This document shows, piece after piece, positions 24,863 through 39,030 of a stretch of DNA of 50,977 bases. The stretch comes from Octopus sinensis (taxonomy: Eukaryota): NCBI RefSeq assembly GCF_006345805.1, contig NW_021834178.1, positions 1 to 50,977 on the forward strand, written 5' to 3'. Each line of letters starts with the position of its first letter. Position 1 is the first letter of the stretch. Below the pieces are notes generated by a model. That model saw only the letters and a program-made list of their open reading frames with translations. It was not told the origin of the DNA and did not search any database. Position numbers and translations under genes: made by a program.

Positions 24863-25409
24863 GGCGATACATTGCTTTACAAAAAAATATTAACCGTTTT
24901 CTTTATCCACAAAATTCTTTAGAGATCTGTCAGCGAATATCTTACGATATTTCCACATTATTATTCCTCTCAAATTCTTAGACCGATGAGAATATTTTGT
25001 ATGCAAAACAAAACTGCTTCGAACTCACACGAAATAACATGCACGCGTATATTTTTATGCATATATTATCATTTACATACACAAACACATATGTTAAGCG
25101 TAGCTACATCTAGCCATACATACAGTTGCATGCTTTCTTGTGTACAAACATAGATTAATATTATACAGGAATACAGGCATGCGTACATACTTACATATGC
25201 ATGTATATACATGAATTCATACATTCGTGTGTCTGTGAATCTTATTATTGCCATAAGATGAAATTGTAAAGTAGGGCCTTTTTTTTTAGTCCCGCTTCTA
25301 TTCCTAACAACATTTGGAACGAAGTTGCAACTGCTTAAATCGTTTGTACCACTGATGTTTTACAAACTTTTGACTGACGCTAGCAAAGGCCAATACTTCT
25401 GAACTAATA

Positions 25410-26162
25410 CATACATATATATACATATATACATACATATATATATATACAAATGCATATATATACACATACATACAAATATATATATATGTATGTATAC
25501 ATACATATATATATATTTATATATATGTATACATACATATATATATATTTATATATATGTATACATACATATATATATATTTATATATATGTATACATAC
25601 ATATATATATATATATGTATACATACATATATATATATATGTATACATACATATATATATATGTATACATACATATATATATATGTATACATACATATAT
25701 ATATATGTATACATACATATTTATATATATGTATACATACATATTTATATATATGTATACATACATATTTATATTTATATATATATATGTATACATACAT
25801 ATATATATTTATATATATATATGTATACATACATATATATATTTATATATATATATGTATACATACATATATATATTTATATATATATATGTATACATAC
25901 ATATATATATTTATATATATATATATGTATACATACATATATATATTTATATATATATATATATGTTACATACATATATATATTATATATATATATATGT
26001 ATATACATACATATATATATTTATATATATATATATGTATACATACATATATATATTTATATATATATATATATTATATATATATATGTAATACATACAT
26101 ATATATATTATACATACATATATATTTATATATATATATATATGTATATATTTATATATATG
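25410..26162. repeat. AT-rich minisatellite, unit about (AT)nGTATACATAC(AT)nTT, roughly 20 copies
   Basis: Read directly; the source of the 200-aa YIYI ORFs. Confidence 0.9.
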
Positions 26163-26431
26163 TATAATCCAGTACATTAGAAAAGGAACTGCTATCATGT
26201 CATGATACAATTTTCTGCCGGTGAACTACGAATGACCTCCTTCGCTTTGGCATTCCTTTACGCACCTGATAAAAGACGTTAACGCCGAGACTAAATTTTC
26301 CCGCTACCTTTTGTGCCCTAAAACCCCATTTAAAACAGTAGAAAACCATATGCATGTGATCGTATGCATATGCTTAGGACTTTTGAATAGATGTAATTTC
26401 CCTTTTGAAATACTGTCATTTACGCAAATAT

Positions 26432-26800
26432 ATTGTGTCACTCCGTCGGTTACGTAGACGAGGGTTTCAGTTGATCCGATCAACGGAACAGCCTGCTCGT
26501 ATAATTAACGTGCATGTGGCTGTGCACTGCACATACACGTGTAACCCTTCACGTAGTTCTCCGGGAGATTCAGTTGACACAGAGTGTGACAAGGCTGGCT
26601 CTTTGAAATATAGGTACAACAGAAACAGGAGAAAAGAGTGGGGTAAATGTGTGGTGAAAGAGTACAGCAGGGTTCGCCACCACCCTCTGCCGAGGCCTCG
26701 TGGAGCTTAAGTGGTTTAGCTAAATAAACGCACACAACGCTCGGTCTGGGAATCGAAACCGCGATCCTATGATCGCGAGTCCGTAGCCTTCACCACTGGA
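26432..26800 (-). mobile_element. SINE family A, head truncated within the A box
   Basis: Reverse complement of 18334-18716; ends at ccactgg. Confidence 0.9.
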
Positions 26801-26935
26801 CCTAGTGGTTAAGGTGTTGCACTCTTGTTCGTAAGATAAATGTTTCGATTCCTGGACTGAGAGATGCATTGTGTTCTTGAGCAGACCACTTTATTTCACG
26901 TCTGTCCAGAACACTCAGCTGTCAAAACCGAGTAA
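26799..26935 (+). mobile_element. Different tRNA-SINE (family C), 5' part fused head-to-head to the previous element
   Basis: cctagtggttaaggtgttgcac A-box remnant, tttcgattcc B box, ttgtgttcttgagc. Confidence 0.75.
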
Positions 26936-27734
26936 TCCTACGCCAAAGAAAACGGAGAAATCAGCCTCAAGCTCTTTATGGAGTAATGCGGACTAACTCC
27001 TTACATATAGACACACATGTTCCGCTTCTTCCATTCTCGTTTACAATAAACCAATTCTCGAAAACAATGATTAAATAACAATTGACATTGGTTGCTGTGA
27101 AAAACGTTATATATTATTTGCAAGGAGACTCCTTCATCGAAGACCGGTGCTTACCATGCGTTGACGAGAGGCAATTACCTTGAAACTATAGTCCGTATGT
27201 AGTACTCGGGTCTTCGAGGGAGGATGACCTCCCTTTGCAAATAACACAAGGGCACTGAGATAGTGTCTAAGGTCCTTCTGGTGACGTTGATCGCCTGGGG
27301 CTAAAAGCATCAGTAACCCCCCAGTGGCTAGCCACATTCAGATGGCTAATACCCCTTACGTTGGTGGTTAATGATTAAATAGTTTATCTGAAAAACCGTA
27401 CACTATAAGCATATATTCCGAGATTTGATTATTTAGAAAGAATATTTCGCTTTTGACAAAGGAGATTCCGGCAATGTTTTTGTTAATGGAATTCAGGATG
27501 TGCAGTTTCTCATAACTCAATATTTACATATATCGCTGTCTCAGTTCTCCATCTACTGTGATACTATTATGGAGGACGAACGGGTTCGATCTGATTGCTA
27601 AAGATAGTCCCCATATCCTTTGTAAAAAACACCCAACTGTATTAAATAATAGTGGTAAATCAATTACTTTCGCCTTTCCTCCCTTTGGTTGGATCTTGTC
27701 GCAACTTAGTTAATTTTTTGGCTCAAAAAGCAAA

Positions 27735-28280
27735 AAGCAAGGCCATTTAGGGGGACATGGGGTTATGTACAGGGTGGTGTTCATGTAAAGAGTTCAGGCC
27801 ACTTGTGGTCAAGGGAGACTTGAACCGAGCGGTCGTCGGCATCTTCACTATCTCGTCCGGCAGCTTATTCCACGGATCCGCAACCCGGACGGAGAAAGCC
27901 CCTCTCCTTCTATTGAGATGAAATCGTCGCAGATAGAGCTTTTCGTAGTGACCCCGCAGCCGACGCTCTGGAGCAGGAGTGAAGAACAGCTCTTTCGAGA
28001 GGTTACACTTTCCGCTTATGATGTTGTGAACAAGAATGAGATCACCACGGCGGCGGCGTTTTTTTTAGAGAATAACGGTCGAGCGTCCTCAGCCTTTCTT
28101 CATAAGACAAATGCCTGAGACCAAGAACCATGCGGGTAACCAGCTTCTGGACTATTTCGAGATGCTGTATGTCTTTGAGGAGTTAAGGAGAAGAGGCTTG
28201 AATCCCGTACTCCAATATGGGTCTCACCAGCGTGACATAGAGCGGTAGGAATATGGCTGCTCGTTTCAACATTAATAATG
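27735..28280 (-). mobile_element. CR1-clade LINE 3' fragment (RT C-terminus)
   Basis: LPLYVTLVRPILEYGIQASSP*LLKDIQHLEIVQKLVTRMVLGLRHLSYEERLRTL...RRRGDLI...FSVRVADPWNKLP; one stop and two frameshifts; terminal TGA at 27781-27783. Confidence 0.9.
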
Positions 28281-29499
28281 TAAGAACAGAAAACAAAGCA
28301 AAACAAAGAGTTAATATTAAAAGGCACATATATTTTGCAGCTTGTGACTGCACGTAGTGTATTCGCATATTTATTTTTTCCTAATTAATAGTAATAAATC
28401 CTATTGTTGCAAATTACAATTTGATGAAATTCAAACATAAATTCTAACGATACTGTTGTCCTCTAGATACATTGTGCCTCTAGAAATAACTATTTAATTA
28501 TCATCACTGAACTAAATGTCAATAACTTTTGTTTGATTGAAGTCACTTAAGCATCATCCATGCATATATTTTGAAGCGTTTTTGACGATATTTCCACGAG
28601 GTCCATAGACAATTTACAAATACCAACGATGACGCATTTTCCAAATCACATTCAAAGCTCTTAAAAAATTAATCAGAACAGTCTGATAATACATGCAATA
28701 ATTTTGAAAAACTACACCCAAAAGCTGGAATATTATTGCACTCCTAGGACAATAATTGACCTGGAGTGATATTGCAAACGACATAACAAAAGCCAAGCCG
28801 TAAAAAAATTAAACATGAATCATGCAAATATCTTGTTAGCAATATGCGTTTCAATTGTGTTCCAACAGCTTGCTCGACTGTTGGATTTTTATACATATAT
28901 ATATATGACACGAAACTATACAATAGAGACAAGGCAAAACACATGATCAACAAGCGGATTATTAGAATTATAAAAATAAGATATGAGAGAACAGGAAGCT
29001 GAAAGGGTTAGAGGAAACGAAACAGTGGTGATAACATTGTAAAAATATAAATCACTGTATTATGAATGCAAGAGAGTAATTCTGATAGGAAAAAATAGAA
29101 CTTTACAAATATAATTCAACATGTATTGAAAAAAAATATATACTATGTTGTTCTTTTGCTGAGAAAGATAGAAAGATGTACAATAAAAATATGCAAAATT
29201 GTAATTAGTAGAATTTATTAGTACTATATATGTATTTCTTTGAGTAGTTAACGGAAATATATGTAAACTTTACAGGTCAACGTGTAATTAGTACTTTACT
29301 GAAAATGGTGTTTCTCGGTATGTAATTGTGTGCTTATGAGGTTTTATATGTAAATATTCATATATTCATAGGCATATACATATTCATATATTCATAGGCA
29401 TATACATATTCATACGTTCATATAAATATATAATTTATGTATGAATGCATGTGTTTTTATGTACATCCGTATTCATACATTCACAGAGATTAACAGAAA

Positions 29500-29636
29500 T
29501 ATATATATATATACATAGATACATATATTATGATATATATATATATATATATTATATGATATATATATATATACACAGAATATTATGATAGATATATATA
29601 TATATATATATATGATATATACATACATATATTATG

Positions 29637-29667
<31 letters not shown>

Positions 29668-29752
29668 ATATATATATATTATATGATATATACATACATA
29701 TATTATGATATATATATATATATATTATATGATATATACATACTATATTATG

Positions 29753-29783
<31 letters not shown>

Positions 29784-30212
29784 ACATACTACATATATTG
29801 ATGATATATACATACTACATATATTGATATATATATATATATATACATACATATATATTATGATATATATATATATAATAAATATATATATATACATACT
29901 ATATATATATATACATACATTATTGATATATATATATACATACATATATTATGATATATACATACATATATTGATATATATATATATACATACATATATT
30001 GATATATATATATACATACATATATTATATATATATGTATACATACATATATTATGATATATATATATACATACATATATTATGATATATATATATATGT
30101 ATACATACATACATATATTATGATATATATATATATATACATACATATATTATGATATATATATATATACATACATATATGATATATATATATATAAATA
30201 TATATATATATA
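29500..30212. repeat. AT-rich minisatellite, unit about (AT)nACATACATATATTATG
   Basis: Read directly. Confidence 0.9.
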
Positions 30213-32627
30213 CATTAATTTATGTGTGATTAGTTACCTATATACTCGAATTCTTCTTACGTACTTGCACAATTCTCCAACCGAATAATTCATGGAAAAT
30301 TTGCTACAATCACGCAATTGGACTGTTGCATACATCTGCATTCTACTTCTATGATCCACATTTCTTTCTCTACCTTTATTATTACATATAACTCATCCAA
30401 TCACCTTCTTTCGACCCTCTTTCCTCGATGTATCTCAACTAATAACAAATATTTTGTATTCACATGAAGAATATTTTTGTTGTCTTTTGTTTCGCTTATT
30501 TTTTTCAAAAATTACTCTCCTGTATTTACTCTTTAGCAGTTTGTTAAACTACAGAAGATCTATTTATGCTTTTTTTTTCTGAAACGTTTCCTAAAGATTT
30601 TACTCTAGCTTCATTGTTTATAACCTGGCTCTACATTTATATTCCACATTTCAGCCCATTAACTCTCCCTTCTTTTTTAGCAACACATAATGAAACAATC
30701 GTAGCGTTCGCACTGCTGGCAACATCATTGATAATGTTTATAAACTCATTATATATTTATGTGTGTGTCTATATATCTGCACCTCTATGTCTCATCTACC
30801 TACTTCCTATATACATATATTTATATATGTATATGTGTACACACGTACAAGTCACATTCACACACGCTTAATCTTTCTACACATGCGCTTGCATACAAAT
30901 GTACGAACACTCACCTCAAACCTAACAGCTTCAGATAAGTATTATGTTTATAAATATGCCAATATATGTGTGTTTGTGTTGGTCTCTATGTAGTAATGTG
31001 TGTTTGTGTGTGTGTATCTGTGTGCGTTTGTGTCTGTGTGCGTGCATGCGCGCATATATCAGCTTGTATTCGTGTGCATGCATTTGATAGGAACGTGTAC
31101 GATGTTTTTAGCGCTAATGGTAGAAATGAAAACAAAAATCCTGTTAAAATAGGATCTTGTAATTTACTTGAAGCATTGTCGTTTCAGTTATAAAAATTGA
31201 AAGGTAATAAAAGACACCTTAATAATATAGAGCTGGAGCAAAACAAATTTATTCGATGTTTTGGTTTTAAGAATCCTTATTCTTGAACAGAATATCACTC
31301 GAAATAGGAACTAAACTGTAAACAACATTAAACTTTATGACATGTGCAGAGATGCACAGCGTGCAAAGATGTTTGGGCTGCGATATTCAAATCATGCCAT
31401 AAACTGTTAACAGTTGAGAAATTCGAATGTTAAATTTGTGTTTGCAAACGCCTACGTATTGCTTCTGCAAAGCGTTAAGTTATTGCCTGTGCGCTGACAC
31501 ATCTGCAGATGCCTTTTAAAAGACTCAACTTCTATGTTGAATTGTTCTAAATTTTGTAAATTCCAAACAAGCTGCTTGTATTCTACTTTGCCAAAGTGAA
31601 TTTGCTACACTTTACACACAATATGTAAATTGCTATATAAAGTGTGTCAGTGTGTATGTATTTCATGGAAATCATATGTCTATTTGCAAATATTTCGAAT
31701 TGGTAGCATATGCGCCTGATTCCTATCTCCGTACAGTAGTTCTAATACGTGACTGACTGATCTTAATCCGGTATTCTAGAGCGAAATGTAGTTTAATCTC
31801 ATATTAAACCAGATCAATACAGTACAGGTTTTAGCATGCTATTTTTTTCTTCTTTTTGTTTTTGTATTTTAAATTGGTCAGAGTGAACTCTCTGATCTAA
31901 GACGGTATGGTCGATGATACGTGAGAGAAATTTGGCTTTCTTTCAAGTTGACTAAAAATCACGAGTGTATTCAAAGTTGGTGGTTCATATTGCGCTATAT
32001 ATTCTAATCCAGGTTACATAAAATCTGCTTCAATTCAACCTAGTATAAGACTGTTAATGGTGGCAGCCATACCTAACTAACTTCCTGCAGACATTTGCGG
32101 CGCCATCAATCACATATCCAAAGACTTACTACAATTGACTTCAGAATAAAAGATGTAGCAGCAAGAAGATGGCAGGGAAGCTTCCCCTTTGAAGGTTTCG
32201 ATGAATATAAAATCAACTATATTATCATAAAATAATTAAGGATCAGAACATTTAATACATAAAATGCTACAAATATGAGCCTTTGTATACCCCACTTCAG
32301 TAAGCCTCGCGTTGGCAATGAACCCGCAAAATAATATTTGCCTAATCTCTTTCCAATCATCTCCATCAAGATACAAAACACGTTCTGTGATATATGTCAA
32401 GTTTAACTATTCCAAGGTTAAAAATCTATTTTAATGCTATTGATCTTCTGTGAAATGATGTAAACAGTGTCATCACAGCTTGATTATTTTTAATCACAGG
32501 TCGGCTTGAGGAGGATCAACCTGTGGATAAAGGTCATGCAAAGTTCTATGATATCCAATAAAATTACATTTAGCGAAGAATTACAGTAAATTTTATTGTA
32601 GCTATATGTGTAGGAGTATACGTTTTT

Positions 32628-33174
32628 ACATATATATATATACATAAATATATATGTATATATATATACATATATATACATATATATACATAAATATATA
32701 TGTATATATATATACATATATATACATACATATATACATATATATATACATACATACATATATACATACATACATATATATACATACATACATATATACA
32801 TATATATGTACATACATACATATATACATATATATATATATGCATACATATATATACATACATATTTATATATACATATATATGTACATAGATATTTATA
32901 TATACATATATATATATACATATATACATACATACATATATATACATACATACATACATATATATATACATACATATATATATACATACATATATATATA
33001 TACATACATATATATATATACATACATATATATATATACATATATATACATACATATACATACATATTTATATATACATATATATATACATATTTATATA
33101 TACATATATATATACATATTTATATATACATATATATATACATACTATATATACATACATATACATACATATAT

Positions 33175-33208
<34 letters not shown>

Positions 33209-33269
33209 CATACACATATATATACATACATATATATATACATACATGCATACATGTGTATATATATAT

Positions 33270-33303
<34 letters not shown>

Positions 33304-33330
33304 CGCATACACACGCACATATGTATGTAT
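32628..33330. repeat. (AT)n/(ATAC)n simple-repeat tract
   Basis: Read directly. Confidence 0.93.
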
Positions 33331-33924
33331 AATCTTATGACATGAAATGAAGATTGTACCGTTTTATACACAGAACGTTGTACATTTTATTCTCATTCGC
33401 TTGAAGATTGTTGAAAATCGATTTTATATCATTTGTATTTATTTATTTATTTATTTATATATTTATTTATATATTCATTCATTCATTTCTGTATTTGGTA
33501 CAGATATAAATTTTATGCATTTTGTCCTTACGTTAATGGACATTTTCTAGATGACGGATTTGTAATGCAATGTAATGTAATATGCAAAATGTTTTATTAC
33601 ATCTATCAACATTCAGACATTAAAAAAAGTATATAACCATTATCTAAATACTGGTTGAGAGTATACATCAGGCTCTTTGTAGTGCATACATTAACACTGG
33701 AACTGACGACAATTGTCAATACGGAGTAACAACACCTGAATACAAACGTTGTTAATGACATTCTGTGTACGATCGAACTACTTATATAGTTGGTGGGTGG
33801 AGATCTGAAGTTTTTTTTTATGCGAAATCTATACCTAATTTCTAAAGAAAATTTACGTGGCACAGCTACATTGCAAGATCACTAAACACGGATCTGTTAA
33901 TCTGCTGAAAGCAGCAAGCAATGT

Positions 33925-34216
33925 GTATATATATATATATAGATAGATAGAGATATAGAGATAGATAGATATAGATAGAGATAGATAGAGATAGATAGAT
34001 AGATAGATATAGATAGAGATAGATAGATAGATACATATAGATAGACATATAGATGGATAGATAGATGGATACATGTAGATAGATAGATATATACACACAT
34101 ATATATATATATATATATAGATATAAAGATATAGATTGATAGATGGATATAAAGATATAGATAGATGCATATAAAGATATAGATAGATAGATAGATATAA
34201 AGATATAGATAGATAT
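33925..34216. repeat. (GATA)n/(GATATA)n tract
   Basis: Read directly. Confidence 0.9.
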
Positions 34217-34217
34217 A

Positions 34218-34551
34218 CATTCTAGCTTTGGTGTTGGAGAAAACATTTACGGATTTCATGGACAGCGAGACTGACCAATGGAGACAGGCCGAAAATGTCG
34301 CTAGAAGCTAGGATCACCAAGCATATTTTGGCATATTTCTGTCATTTTATACGGAGAAAATCCTTGGAGAAGGACATCATGCTCGGAATGGTCAGTGGCA
34401 AGAGAGGAAGAGGCCGACCAAGAACCCGCTTGCTTGACACCATCAAGAGTGATACCGGAATGGACATAGCCAGTCTGAAAGAAGCGACCCAGGATAAAAC
34501 TGACTGGAGGACACTGATCCAACGAGTAACCGAGAGTCGACTTCGACTGAG

Positions 34552-34555
<4 letters not shown>
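34218..34555 (+). mobile_element. RTE/BovB-like LINE 3' fragment, same family as 18736-19178
   Basis: MSLEARITKH...KSLEKDIMLGMVSGKRGRGRPRT...RLRLSG, with an internal deletion of about 15 bp relative to the other copy. Confidence 0.92.
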
Positions 34556-34602
<47 letters not shown>

Positions 34603-34674
34603 GTGTGTATGTGTGTTTAAAGAAATTAAGTAAACAGACAAACATAGTAAATATTAAATGTATAAATATGGTGT

Positions 34675-35048
34675 GGAGGCGCACCGCCCCAGTGGTTAGG
34701 GCGGTCGTAGGATCGCGGTTTCGCTTCCCAGACTGGGCGTTGTGAAGTGTTTATTGAGCGAAAACACCTAAAGTTCCACAAGCCTCCGGCAGGGGATGGT
34801 GGCGAACCCTGCTGTACTCATTCACCACAACTTTCTCTCACTCTTTCGTGTTTCTGTTGTACCTGTATTCCAAAGGGCCAACCTTGTCACACTCTGTGTC
34901 ACGCTGAATCTCGCCGAGAACTATGTTAAGGGCACACGTGTCTGTGGAGTGCTCAGCCACTTGCACGTTAATTTCACGAGCAGACTATTCCATTGATCGG
35001 ATCAACTGGAACACTCGTCGTCGCAACCGACGGAGTGCCAACAACAAT
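34675..35048 (+). mobile_element. SINE family A
   Basis: Head ggaggcgcac..., tail gacggagtgccaacaaca. Confidence 0.92.
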
Positions 35049-35795
35049 GAATATATGATATGGCAAATTTTAAACACTTGAACTGAGAGTGAGCGAATAT
35101 ATAAAACGGGAAGCAAAATATATTTCACTGTGAAGTTTAACTCATCGTTTTTATTACTATTTAATTAGTTTCACTTCTATGTCAGCAAATCATGCTGGGT
35201 TACCTCCTCCTAAGTTGTTACCAAGCATAACGTAGCAGGAACTATTCTAGTCTCGCACAGATTTTTGTTCCTCAGTATTTCTCAAACAATAAATTTACAG
35301 TCTGAGAAACACAACATGAATACAGCACCGGGATATATTTTTTGAACAAGTAAGATATACAAAAACCACAAACAAGAGCAAATAAATACACAAACACACA
35401 CAGATGCACACATACTCCCACAGACAGATCCTCTATATGAGAGAATATGATTTAGTAAAATTCAGATTTGAAAGAATAATGAAGAATATTAAATAGAAAA
35501 AAATACATTCCAGCTACACTATCAACAAGAGAAGTGTTGTTTATGATGATTTCATAATTTAACATTTTCCAACAGTGCGTAGTTTTATAGAAGCATTTCT
35601 TTTAATTAATCAGAAACAGAAAATGACCCCGAAGTTAAATTTTATTTAAGAGAATTTCGACTTTAACAAACAGAGAAGAATCTCTCGAAATCTCGTCAAC
35701 AGTGCTGGTTTAAATCGTTAAGGTACAGACGTAGATGTGAATTTTAGTAGTTTCACTTTACGAGTACGTAGCTTCTAGTTTCGTCCCACGGCGAG

Positions 35796-36043
35796 TTACT
35801 CTTTATTCTTTACTCTTTTACTTGTTTCAGTCATTTGACTGCGGCCATGCTGGAGCACCGCCTTTAGTCGAGCATATCGATCTCGGGACTTATTCTTTGT
35901 AAGCCTAGTACTTATTGCATCGGTCTCTTTTGCCGAACCGCTAAGCTACGGGGACATAAAAACACCAGTATCGGTTGTCAAGCGATGATTGGGGACAAAC
36001 ACAGACACACAAACATAAATACATACACACACACACACACACA

Positions 36044-36118
<75 letters not shown>

Positions 36119-36288
36119 CATATGTACGACGGGCTTCTTTCAGTTTCCGTCTACCAAATCCACTTACAAAACTTTGGTCGGCCCGAGGCTATAGTAGAAG
36201 ACACTTGCCCAAGGTGCCAGGCAGTGGGACTGAACCCAGAACCATATGGTTCGTAAGCAAGATACTTACCACACATCCACTCCTACGC
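35796..36288 (-). mobile_element. SINE family B with expanded internal microsatellite
   Basis: Reverse complement of 47055-47470. Confidence 0.93.
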
Positions 36289-36543
36289 TTATTGTGCACC
36301 AATTTTGTACTATAGCCCAGGATGGTCCAGTGACTTGTGATGAGTTCGAGAGACGTAAATTACGCAGCGGATTGAAATACAGAATCGTAAATTAATATTG
36401 AAATTTTGTTGTTGGCGATCTTTTCGTTAATTTCCTATGATATACCGAATAAGTTATGAAATTGTAATCAAATTGAACTTGTAATTTAAATGTAGAAACG
36501 TCTGCACACTTTTATCGTTAAAAGAAGTCACGGAACAACGCGA

Positions 36544-36935
36544 GTGGATGGAAGCACTCCGTCGGTTGCGACGACGAGGGTTCCGGTTGATCCGAATCAA
36601 CGGAACAGCCTGCTCGTGAAATTAACGTGTAAGTGGCTGAGCACTCCTCAGACACGTGCACCTTTAACGTAGTTGTCGGGGGATATTCAGCGTGACACAG
36701 AGAGTGACAAGGCCGGCCCTTTGAAATACAAGGTACAACAGAAACAGGAAGTAAGAGTGAGAGAAAGTTGTGGTGAAAGAGTACAGCAGGGATCACCACC
36801 ATCCCCTGCCGGAGCCTCGTGGAGCTTTTAGGTTCTTTTGCTCAATAAACACTCACAACGCCCGGTCTGGGAATCGAAACCGCGATCCTACAACCGCGAG
36901 TCCGCTGCCCTAACCACTGGGCCATTGTGCCTCCA
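36544..36935 (-). mobile_element. SINE family A, full length
   Basis: Ends ccctaaccactgggccattgtgcctcc; closely similar to 18334-18716. Confidence 0.93.
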
Positions 36936-36989
36936 CTAGATGCATATAACGAGATATAAGCAGATTATCGCATTCAGATTATCTGAAAA

Positions 36990-37125
36990 GGTGGCAGAAT
37001 GTTATCACGCCGGACGAAATGTTTTGCGGTATTTCGTCTGTCTTTACGTCCAGTGTTCAGATAGCACTGACGTCGACTTTATCATTTCGGGTCGTTAAAA
37101 CAAGTACCAGTTAAGCACTGGGGTC
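36990..37125 (+). mobile_element. Old SINE family D fragment
   Basis: gtggcagaatgttatcacgccggacgaaatg...gtaccagttaagcactgggg. Confidence 0.7.
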
Positions 37126-39030
37126 ATAATGATTAGTATGCCTATAACAGAAAGGATCATCAGCATTGTGGAGTAATGTGGGGTATTAAATTAAAGTCGA
37201 TTTCCGTTGGTTTCGATTAAGTTTATGCAGCTGTTTTATATTCCTTGTTTCTGGAATTAACGCATAAACAACTGCATTATCCCCAGACTAGTGTACCTTT
37301 AACTCATTTTTCAGCTCAAATAAATGTAACACAGTTTATTAATAAAGTACCGGTGTTGATTATGTATCATCTTAATATTGATGCCTTTCATCTCTCTATT
37401 TCTTTCTGTCGTTTATGCGTAATCCAGAAGCACAGCCTTGTCAAAATGTGTTGCGTCGATTTGGACTAATGATTTTATTTAACGATTAGCATTATGACCC
37501 GGGTCATAGTGCTAGTGCATGCATATAGAGCTGCGTGCGTGCGCACATACACGCGAGTGATGTCCTAATCTCCGACTAATCAAATACAGCTAGCTGGCAT
37601 TGAATTGGCGTATCAAGTTTTGGGCATTTTGATGTCACGTCTATTGATATTTTAAGGGCATTGCGGGATGACTGGGGAAATATAAAGATGTGCACGACCA
37701 TCCTTGGACGGTTTTGAATGACCCTAGAAAGTGCGAGCCCTCTAACTGAAAAATTGTGGATTTGTACAAAGGATACACACACACATATATATTTTTCCGT
37801 TTATACATAGAGAGATAAACGTGTTGATACAATATTTACTAGTTTCTATGCTTGGTTTATGAGTAAGGGATGGTGTGGATAGAGAAATAAGAAATGATCT
37901 TCATTGAGAATTATGGAACGTCCACAAGCAACAGAATTTGTACATGAACTTAAAAACCTCGTAGTCTGTATTTACATTCATATACTGATAAAACAAAGGC
38001 GGCTGACTTACTTCAAACAACAGTCAAACATAACATAAACACACCCTAAATCGTTAATGAACGGATACATAAGATAAAGCCTTCTATAAGAAAGAAAAAG
38101 AAAATATCTGGATGGCCACAGATGGAATTTCCTCTTTCATATAATGATGACAAATTACGTGGTTAAACACCAATAAGAAATCATATATTATTGGTTGTAT
38201 TATAAAAAAAGTTAGGAATATAGACCCGGATATATTTTGCCAAAAATGTCACAAAGTGAGATAACAGGAAATTTTGTGTACACCTGTAGTCGTATGTAAT
38301 AAATCAAAGTCACTATATTGAGTTTATCGAAGATAAAATATTAAATAAATGTACTGTGGTCTGGCTTCAGATTTCTGACAGATCCCATAAGCCACTTCTT
38401 GCTTGTATTCCTAAAATACGAATTTGGTTTTTTGTGACAGCTCAGAATTAAGAAAATATATACAGAACTAGAGAAAATACTTAAAGCTAATGGAAGAAGG
38501 CTTTTAGCATAGAAAAGCATGTTCATCACAGAGCAAAGTGTTCCTAAGTATAACAGTTGTGAGTATTATGGACGTAACACGGCAGACCTGAGTTAAATTT
38601 TCGGCATAGAAAACACATCCTAAGCTCCTGAGCAAAGCGACATGGTTGTTTTTTTTGTTTTTTTTTAAATTTGGCCAATTTGCCAGAAAGAGCATCTGGT
38701 TCGAACCGACTCTATCTCTTCTCTAGATATATTTTCCCGTCATCACCATGCATTTCTATATATGGAATACTTAACATTGTCTTATCAACTGCACTAATTA
38801 CCTATAAGATAACGAGACATCCTTAACTAATTAATGTATGAGATATATTTCTTTGGTACTATTGCATTTATAGCAAGAATTTTCTTGGTTTTAATTTTTA
38901 TGCCGTTTTTAAATTTCCTACTAATATAATCCGAAGGACAAACTAAACTTATAGAAATGTTGAGATCGTAAGGTCGTAGTTTCGATTCCTGTACCAGATG
39001 ACGTATTGTGTTCTCGAGAAAAACTATGCA

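Noticed and set aside
25453-26180. Long ORFs of 200+ aa (also 9697-10288, 29683-30146, 32490-33345, 48725-49022)
   Set aside because: They are translations of stop-free (AT)n/(ATAC)n/(TG)n repeats (YIYI, MYVC, HTHT) and not genes.
38440-38530. YTELEKILKANGRRL, faintly Helitron-like
   Set aside because: Short, surrounded by stops, and no other motifs.
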